A DNA stretch of 64,000 nucleotides from Mytilus trossulus (Eukaryota). The stretch is from positions 7,006,001 to 7,070,000 of the forward strand of contig NC_086373.1 in NCBI RefSeq assembly GCF_036588685.1, written 5' to 3'. Below, piece after piece: positions 54,612 to 64,000 of the stretch; position 1 is the stretch's first letter, and the number at the start of each line of letters is the position of its first letter. The translations under genes and the position numbers were made by a program. Below the pieces are notes generated by a model. It made no database searches, was not told the origin of the DNA, and saw only the letters and a list, made by a program, of their open reading frames with translations.

Positions 54612-54828
54612 CCATATAAGGCGTTGTTCCACATTGAAAGCCACGATAAAGCACTTAAAGGTCACACCAATGCCATTTCTGATCATTAAAACAAAGTTTT
54701 AAATAAAAATGGAAATGTTAACGTAGACATATTATATTTCATGCGGATAAATCATTTCTCTATTTCTTTCATAAAAATACACACGGGGGCGTGGCTAACT
54801 ACCGACCATGACTCATCTCCAAATATGG
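54612..54828 (-). promoter_or_regulatory. Putative intronic enhancer of actin 5
   Basis: CArG CCATATAAGG 54612, GC/KLF box GGGGGCGTGG 54785, AP-1 TGACTCA 54809, CArG CCAAATATGG 54819. Confidence 0.6.
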
Positions 54829-55157
54829 GCACCGGCAACGTGTACCGGCATATTTCATCATATTCATACAATCTTATCAAGTTATATGTTTCGATTCAAT
54901 CTACGATTCACTAGATTTTTCACACGAAATAAGCATATAAATGAGTCTCTAAATATATTGCTTTCATAATTTGGCATTTTTTAGCTACCCGATGCGGGAT
55001 ATCAAATCAGATCAAAGCACATCGAATGAAATATAATTATCCCTAATCAAATGTAATTGATATGAATCTTGATTGCAAGATTCTCAAATAAATAAATAGT
55101 ATCACTGTTAAGCATGTTTGATAATTATATGCAAAGATTTTAATAATTTAAATTTTA

Positions 55158-55319
<162 letters not shown>

Positions 55320-55435
55320 TTACAACCTTACTGTTCTGTTCTCAACGATCTACTGTGAAAAAATTAAAATCCACACTAGTTTTATTCTCCAGTATTTCTC
55401 ACCTTTGCACCCTGGGAAAAGAAAGCCAAATGTTA

Positions 55436-55482
55436 CCATATATGGTTATTCGGAATGAATCATTTGCATACGATTCTCGGAA
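55436..55482 (-). promoter_or_regulatory. Actin 5 proximal promoter: STAT-type site and CArG
   Basis: CCATATATGG 55436-45; TTCTCGGAA 55474-82 (TTCCGAGAA on the gene strand). Confidence 0.65.
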
Positions 55483-58400
55483 AAGCTCTCAGTTTAACAG
55501 GCCGTATGTCTGTTTATGGTAAACGTCCTGTTTATTGATTGGTTAAGCTACTGAATATTCATAATGACCTCACCTAAAAGGTAATGGACACACAGGTATT
55601 TTTACAACTCGTTAGTGTGGCATTTACTGTTAATCATCAGGTGAGATAAATCCTGATTGTTTTCATTAAAATTTGACAAATAGAAAAGATAAGAGTATGT
55701 CATAACAGTGATTTATTCTGTATGATTACGTCGACTTTGAATAACATGTAACATTCTTGTAACGGGAGTGCAGACGTACATGAATAATTAGTTATAATAA
55801 AAATAACAAAATAAACGTAATATATATATGTTAATTAGGAGTGTCTCTATAATTAAAGTACGTAAGAAAAATTTTGCAGTAAGAAATTAAAGATACTATA
55901 TAATATACAAGAACGTGTTTCTCATAACGGAATAACGGGTATAGAATATTCGTTTCGACAGGGACTGACATTACCACACGTTTTTGATAGGAGGAACAAA
56001 TACACGTGAATAAGCCTATGATACAAATCAAGTTATATGTTAGACAACACAATTCAGGGTGTGTGTAAAGTCATTTAAAGGAGGTTTCATTTATACGTCC
56101 CCATTCAAATGCATCGATCTTCAAAAAAAAAAAAGGGGGGGGGGTTCAAACTCCCTAGATCCCCCACTGCAATTAATACTGAGACTACTGTCTTATAGTA
56201 TCTAATAATTTATTGGTCAACAATACAAATAAGGCTCGTTAATAAGACGAAGCAAGAAATTTCAAAATCCAGACAATTTTAAAATCTAATAAATTTCTAT
56301 CAAATTTGAAAATTCTTTGATTTGTCAGCCACATGTGCAAATTGTGTATGTGTACATGTGAGACATTCACGCCTTTAAGCCATAATCACCCGTCATATAT
56401 AATGCATGTATATGTCAATATCGACTGTCAATATAACTGTTTTCTTTAAGTTTTCTTTGGGTGGTTATATAAATGTATGTAACAAAATGATCAATGATCA
56501 CACATATTGATAGATGCATTTCATATATAAAAAAGTGTTTGTTTTCTGTTTTCAGCAATAAAAAAGTTATGAATTGAAAGACTGTCTGTGTTCTTCAAAT
56601 ATGAGTATTGACTCAAATTTATTATCATTATTATGCTACTCTGGTGTTAGCAGTAATTCTACGAACACAAATTAGTGTGAAATATTGAAAATTCTTGCAA
56701 AAAGCCTTGAACTATTGCTGAAACCTTTAAAACAGGTTAATCGCAACGTAGCCTTAATTCTCTGCTGATGAGACGTTTAGCAATCAATGATATATTATCT
56801 GGTCACTGGTTTTGATATATATTAAAAGATGTATGATTTTATTAATTTAAACTCTCAGACAAATTATTTAACGCGACAAGACGAAGACAACAGAGCAGAT
56901 AGAAAATGAGTCAAGACATTGATTTTAGCAGATGGTTTGTGTTGAGGACAAATGGTATTGAGATCGAGTCATCGATGAATCAGTAATTACTAGGGTTAGA
57001 ATCTTACCAATGTTCTTTAATACTCGGGGAATGACATATAATATTAATAGGAACGGTGCAGCAAACAAACAGTACATAACAAGGGACAAATTTGAAGGAC
57101 TGTGACGGTCTTTTCAATTTTACAATCATGGCAGACAGGCGAATTGATCTTGGAAAAGCATCACTTTTGCTAGCTTTTTTAAATATTCTAGCTGTCGCCA
57201 TTCTAAGAATATTTGAACAAAGCCTCCAATCACTGAACAATGTCATAAAGGAAACACACTATTATATAATAATTAATTTTCATCGCAAATCTGACTACTT
57301 GGTATACTTTATTAACTTTGTATTCTTAAGAAAATGTTAACTACATTTTAAAAAATATATTGACCTCTGTAAAGGAGAGAATATTCTCTGAAAACACCCA
57401 AGTCTCTATGAGGTTGTTTTACATGAATACAGTTTTTACAAGTTTTAGGCATTTCAACCTAATGACAAAAGCATTAAAGGAAAAGATTACGTCGAAAGTA
57501 TTTTTAAATTTTTGAGAAGGAAGCTTAAAATTATCCATTTGCATGTATCTTTTGGGGAAATTTGGTCTTAACCCATGCAGGACGTACCGAATTTCAAAAT
57601 ATTTATATAATCAAATAGAAATTTAACAAGGATACGAATTGAATTTCAGTGGTCAAATTTCAGATTTCATTGACACGAATACTCCAAAACGAACATAATA
57701 TCACTTTGTACAAAAACGCTGACCAAGCATACTTTTACAGTGTTCAATTAATGTATCTATATATGGAATTTGTTTATAACACTATAGGACACTTTACAAT
57801 TTTTTTACTTCGTGGTAGAACGCAGGGAATTTTAAGCTTTCGACTTCTGTTTCCTTTGAGCGGTTTCATTTTTCCTGTTTCAGATATAGGTTTTCGCACG
57901 ATAAAAACTTACGACGTAAACTCTAAAGATATTTCCATATTTGGATATTTAAACAGAGGTCGTTCTATTCGACTGTGATATATACACCCTTTGGCTTAGA
58001 TATATAAAAGATTTCATTGTGACATTCTTTAACTACGCATATTTTAAGTGTTGTATTTGAACTATATACATGTATAAGATATTAAGGCATTTAAACATTC
58101 ACGTATATCAAATACAGATATTCACATTCATGATTTTGAAAAGACAAGATATTTCATTGAGAAAAAATAATTATACAAACAAACAAACAAATATTATATT
58201 TGCCAATCACGGCGCCCAGAATGAGCAGAATAATTATAATATAATTTTCAAACATAATGTAAAGTAAATTCAAAATAGGTTAAACAAAGTACATAATATG
58301 ATTGATTTTGATTTAGTTGATTGATATAATATTAAAGAAAATGAAGTAGGCAATTTGTAAATAATAAACATATATAATACAATATGACCAATAGTCTGTT

Positions 58401-61400
58401 ATTCTGGTCCCTTTATTGGACAGCACACCTCGTGGTATATACTAATAATTTATCAAATGTAAAAGAAATAACTTATGTAAATGCATATTTGATCATACAT
58501 AATTTTATATAGAGAAATCTAATTTAATATTGTATTTCTGTTTATATTTAAAACCTCTAATAACTGACAAATTATTATCAAAATGTTTTTATCTTCATTT
58601 CCCATTAGCCAAATAAAAAGAGATTTGTTATCAAGTTTTGAAATATTTTTATTTTTACTATATATTTTGCTTAGAAAGGGATTTCTAACATTATCCAGAG
58701 TTTTACATGTTAAAAGAAAATGCATCTCATCTTCTATTTCCTCATTACAGAGTTTGCATATTCTATTTTCTAGTTTAATATTAAAATAACGACCTTTTTC
58801 TATTTCAAGTTTGTGAGCTAAAATTTAAATATTTTTTTCTGAATAGGTTCGCTCCGAAACAACTTAAATAAGGAACTGGTGTAGAATTTAATATGGTCAC
58901 CGAATTCATTCATTCCTTTTGAACTGGAAATTCAAAAATTTAGTGCATGGGATTATGTTAAGTTAACCAATATAAGAAGCAAACGTGCTATACTGTGGTT
59001 GGAAGGGTCGATAGTCAAGGGTGGATCCATCCAATTAAAAAAGGGGGAGTTCCAACCTTATTTCCCCATTCAAATGTATAAATCGGCCAAAACAGAAATT
59101 CTAAGGCAACTTGATCCGCCACTGGTAGTCATAAAATTTGAACTGCACGACAGTTGGGTAAATTTTCATAAACAAGGGAACATACATGTACTTCCGATTA
59201 CGATTATTTAATTGATAAATTCTTTGCTACCCTTTCAAAACTGCTTCAACCTCCCCTATATAACAGTGCCTCTCCAAATTCAGGATAAATGTTCGTCTCA
59301 TATTATAATTCGTTGAAACGAGGGATACACAACTCTAACTAGAATCTGTCAAAATTGTCTGAACATCAAGGTTGATATATACAAATCATATTTTTATGGA
59401 CGCTTCTTGATACCAATTTGGTCAGATGGAACCCATTGACGTTATATGACTTGCTTCGTCCGTCTGTATAAATAGGCAATAATAAATCCGAGCTTTTCCC
59501 CCGTTTCGATCCGAATCCTTATATTGTTGATGTTTCAAGTCAATGCACTATAATTGTCTTTATACTGCAATCTATAAAAAAAACATCTTTTATTGTTGTT
59601 TAATTTGTTAATGTTATAATTTGATTTAAATATTCCCTTTTTACAAAAAGTCCTTATATTATGCAGGCGGAGAAATATACAACATAATGAAATGTGCATT
59701 ACCTTTTGAAACCCGCAATCGATGGTGAACAAATTTGTTTGAGAATGGACTAAAATATCAACAATAAGCATAAAACATAATGATTTATAGTTTGCAAACC
59801 AAAAATATTAACAAGTGAATTATTTTTTTCTTCTAAAAATTGCAAAAGAAACAAGTTTGAGTCGTTGTATACATTGGAAACAAGAACAGGTTGAAGAGGT
59901 CGTATGAATAATTAATTATAATTTCGGCAATTTCTATTTAATTAAAAATATTCACGAGAAAACGTGATATCGGGTCATTGACTGTAGACTATATGACACA
60001 GACAATGAGAAATATACGGTCAACGCATTTTGACTACTTAAATAGAACGAGCGCAGTATAAATAAAAAGATATAAAGGATAAGATGCCACAACTGACTTA
60101 CCCCCACACAAACTTACAATAAAACCATTTAATCTGAACTAAATATGATCTGCAATATGAAACGTGGTTTCCCGCTATTTTTCCTCCATCCGTGGACCAA
60201 CAAAACTTACAACAATAACATGAAGCCTAAAATCAGCTTGGAAAATGTGCTGTGTTTAATGTTAACACCAATATCATAGACGAAAAACCCTGATACGTGG
60301 GAAACATTGTTAAAATGATACTGTATCAAATAATACTCATTTACTGTCAAGACACTCACGACGGGTGACGCTGTTGCAATATGATAATAATCCCAATAAT
60401 CCCGACATCACTTTCGGCGGATAATCTTTAGATTAGTTTTCATAATGCAGTACAGGAGAGCACGATCTTGTTAATTCAAAAAATAAAAAATAAATCAATA
60501 CACGAAAAAGAAACATTTTAGCCTTGATCAAATCCATGCTTTTGATCGTTCTTCTGAAATTTCTTTCTTTCGGAATATGACAGGCTTGTTTCTTTTTTAG
60601 GAATTGTTCATAGTAGCATGTCAGATAAGCAAAGCAGATTCATTTGACAACGGCGAGAACATTCTATTTATTCTTTAAGATTATATGAATATTTTTTGGT
60701 TCTACTAGCTTCCCTGTAACTTGTAAGCAATTGTCATGTATTCCAGTAACCCTCTCTAGTGTCAAAACAACTGAAAGATACAATTAACAAATAAAAGTAT
60801 ATACCACAAATACTGCAAAGAAAAAAACCCCAAACATCATGGCTCTTATCGACTAGCATTAACTCGCTTTATTAAAGACGAACTATAAAGCATATGCCGT
60901 ATTATCAAAACCGAAAAACTATACTCCTTTCCCCTTAAAGAATAGGAATGAAATAATACAACATTAATACTATTGGTTTCACAGACATTTTGTTAAATAA
61001 GGAAATGTATTGGATTCACAAGACGTCCTCTTTTGTTAAACATAACTTTTTTCATATATACATATAATCATGAGTTACGTGTAGTGTTATCCTCCAATAG
61101 GTATCAGCTATGTTTATTTATAATTCTATTGTTTTAAGTCGGTCAATTCTCTCGACTATATATCATCAATCAATGTTTTCATTGATTCCTCATTCACAGT
61201 CGCTGACAAAAATTTGTTATATATATATTAACAGGACTGTTTTAAAAGACTTGTTTGTGTGAAATTCGTTGTTTTAATATCAACATTTGATCAGTTCAAT
61301 AGTTTTACACTATTTTCCATATTTGGCATATATTTCATTTCATATTTCATTATTCTGGACTTTGTCGTACACATATAAATAAGTGTTTTAGACGGATTTA

Positions 61401-61989
61401 TTGCCATAATCTTGGCCGAACTTGAAAGGACTGGATTTCAATAATTATATTTATTTGATTACTTATAATCTGCAACAGTTTGGACAATAAATTAATAATA
61501 CTTGCAGCGAACACTTATTGTTATATTTTAATGAATGGTTATTTCGTTTTGGCATCTTTTAAACCTTCTTAATCCTTTAATTGGCTTTTTATAAATTGAC
61601 AATTTCTTCAGGCATTATTGTCATTATTTAATAGCATGACATGTTTACATAAAACTGATCCGTTGAAAGTATTGAACTACAGAGCTGTTTTATATGTGAT
61701 AATTTCTTAATTCTAACACTTGCACTTTAAGAACTTTACAAAATTATTCAAAATTCCCATCCGCGCTGACTGATCTCGACTTTTATTTGATATTTCAACT
61801 CATGGTTTTTGCATCGAAAATAAACACATTTTTTCTAAAACTAGTTCTTGGCAAGATACGGGTTACGTACCTCTCATATATTTTATGAAGGTATGATACT
61901 AAACCGTAACGGGAGGGATTGTGTCTGATTTTTATATGATAGTGACAAATGTTGTATTATTTCTGAATGTATTACTCATTTTGTTTTTT

Positions 61990-64000
61990 ATGTCTAGTAT
62001 TAAGTTAGTAGCATGGAACGTCAGGGGTATCATGTCCTCTACTATTTGTCTTAGTAAACTTGTAAAAGACACTGATTGTGATATATGTGTAATATCTGAA
62101 CATAAATTGAAAGAAAGGTCTTTACATTATTTATCTACTATAGAAAGAGGGTACAACTGTATAAGTAAAGCTGATGCATTACCCATAGGGTATAATGCAT
62201 ATCATGGTAAGGGTGGTATTGCCATATTATACAAAACTTCACTTCAGTTTTCTGTAAATGAAATAAGTGACATTAACTCCAGTAGAATAGCTGGTATTGA
62301 ACTTAAAAACAAGTCTTATGGTTCACTTTTTATCTTTGGTGCGTACTTACCATCTGATGACTCTATTGAAAATTATAAGAGTGAATTAAATATACTAGAT
62401 AATTTATATACATACTATAGTGTTTATGGTAATTGTATAATTGCAGGTGATTTAAATGCTAGCTGCTTAGGTAAAGACAGATCTATGTCAAATAATTATA
62501 AATCAAAAGAGTTATTAAAATTTGTATCTAGGCATCATTTGTTGTATGCCGGGGGTGAAATACAAATAAAAGGGCCAAATTATTCGTATATAACCAAACA
62601 AACAATGTTAGATTATATCTTATGCAATGAAAGTATGTATAGAAAACTAAGGTACTATGAAATCCTTGATGAAGGGGAGATAAGTAGCACGTCCGATCAT
62701 TTGCCAGTTGTAGCTGAGTTTGTGATAGACTCAAACCCGCATCGTGTAATGAACTCTTGCGACAAGTTACCTGCTTGGCATAAAGTTTCAGATGCGCAGA
62801 TAAATGAATACAAAAAACTGCTGAATGATCCCGTTGATATGTTGATATGTTGATTGATAAAATGAGGTCTTTTTCTAATGTCGATGTTGACGCCATCAAT
62901 GACGAATTCGTTAACATTTTACACACTGCTGCTGACATTGCAATCCCGAAATGCGGTTTTAATCCACATACAAAGCCTTACTGGAACGCAGATGTAAAAC
63001 GAGCACATGACAATGAAAGATCAAAGCGTAGATGTTGGGTACTAGAAGGTCGGCCTCGAGGCATGCATTTTGACTCTTATCGAATGTACAAAAGGGCCAA
63101 GTCCGAGTTTAGACGTGTACAACAATTGGCCAATGAACAGTATATACAGAGTTGTTATGATGATCTCAATGAAACTGCCGAATGTGATGTGCGTCTGTTT
63201 TAGAAACAAATAAAGCGTTTTAAAGGTCGTTCGTCTAAAGTGTATCCAGAGATTGTGTATGAAAACAAAGTGTATAATACTCCTGAGTCTGTAGCAAACT
63301 GTTTCGCCGAATATTTCCATGATATATACCAACCAAAGGATGAGAATAATTTTGACAATGACTTTAAATGTTCTATCGAGAGTACATACAATGACATTAT
63401 TAAAACATGTGGTGTTGAAGGTGAATACTTACCTGGTGGGTTGATAACTGAAAAAGAAGTTACTGAATTAATAGGACAGTTAAAGTATAGGAAAGCCGCC
63501 GGACATGACAGAGTCCAAAACGAACATTTGCGTCACGGAGGTATCTCTGTTGTGAAGTGTGTAACTGCTATATTCAATATCATCGTCAAAAAAGGGCGAA
63601 TACCGCAGGACTGGAAGCTAGGTCTCCTTGTTCCTATCTTCAAAGGTGGAACCAAGTGCAAGACTTCACCGGATAACTACAGACCAGTTAGTTTACTGTC
63701 CTGTATTTTGAAACTATTTGAAAGCGTTATTAAAGCTCGTTTAATAAATTTTGTGCTATTTGATAAAAACATTCCGAATCTCCAACAGCAAGGATTTCAA
63801 AAGTACCTTAGTTGCTTAACAGCATCATTTAACCTACATGAAACTATTTATCATAACCTTGAATTATTCAGTAAAATATTTGTTGCATTTTTAGATAGTA
63901 AAAAAGCTTTCGATACTGTATGGAGAATTGGGTTATTGTATAAATTGTATGATATAGGGGTAACAGGTAAAATGTGGTCAGTTATAAATGACTGTCATAT
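61990..64000 (+). mobile_element. Non-LTR retrotransposon (LINE, APE endonuclease + RT, RTE-X/CR1-like), disabled, runs off the window end
   Basis: WNVRG, ISEH, AGDLNA, LDYI, SDHLPV (APE); KAAGHD, WKLGLLVPIFKG, NYRPVSLL, QQGF, FLDSKKAFDTVW (RT); frameshift at 62833-62848 and TAG at 63201. Confidence 0.93.

Noticed and set aside
56765-56790. CTGATGAG as another hammerhead core (also in family-A repeats, e.g. 31962-31969)
   Set aside because: No stem II followed by GAAA and no NUH site.

Overview
AT-rich, repeat-dense eukaryotic DNA. The repeat landscape and actin sequences suggest a mollusc, probably a bivalve such as a mussel (inference). The window holds a cluster of five intact two-exon actin genes (+,-,+,+,-), each of 376 codons with one phase-0 intron after codon 42, plus a decayed sixth copy. 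One paralogue is about 10% divergent yet carries gene-conversion patches. Genes 3-5 share CArG plus STAT-type proximal motifs. Between actins 4 and 5 lies an apparently intact DIRS1-type tyrosine-recombinase retrotransposon (about 46386-51670, minus strand) with inverted terminal repeats, an internal complementary region, gag, RT/RNaseH/methyltransferase-like and YR ORFs. Its gag stop (AAA-UGA-CUA) is in frame with the 954-codon YR ORF, and the RT ORF is in the +1 frame, suggesting a recoding junction. The window ends in a disabled APE-RT LINE. Intergenic and intronic DNA contains MITEs of several superfamilies with visible TSDs, Helentron-type elements, Penelope-like relics including two minimal hammerhead ribozymes, SINE-like repeats and several minisatellites. 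All alignments were done by eye.
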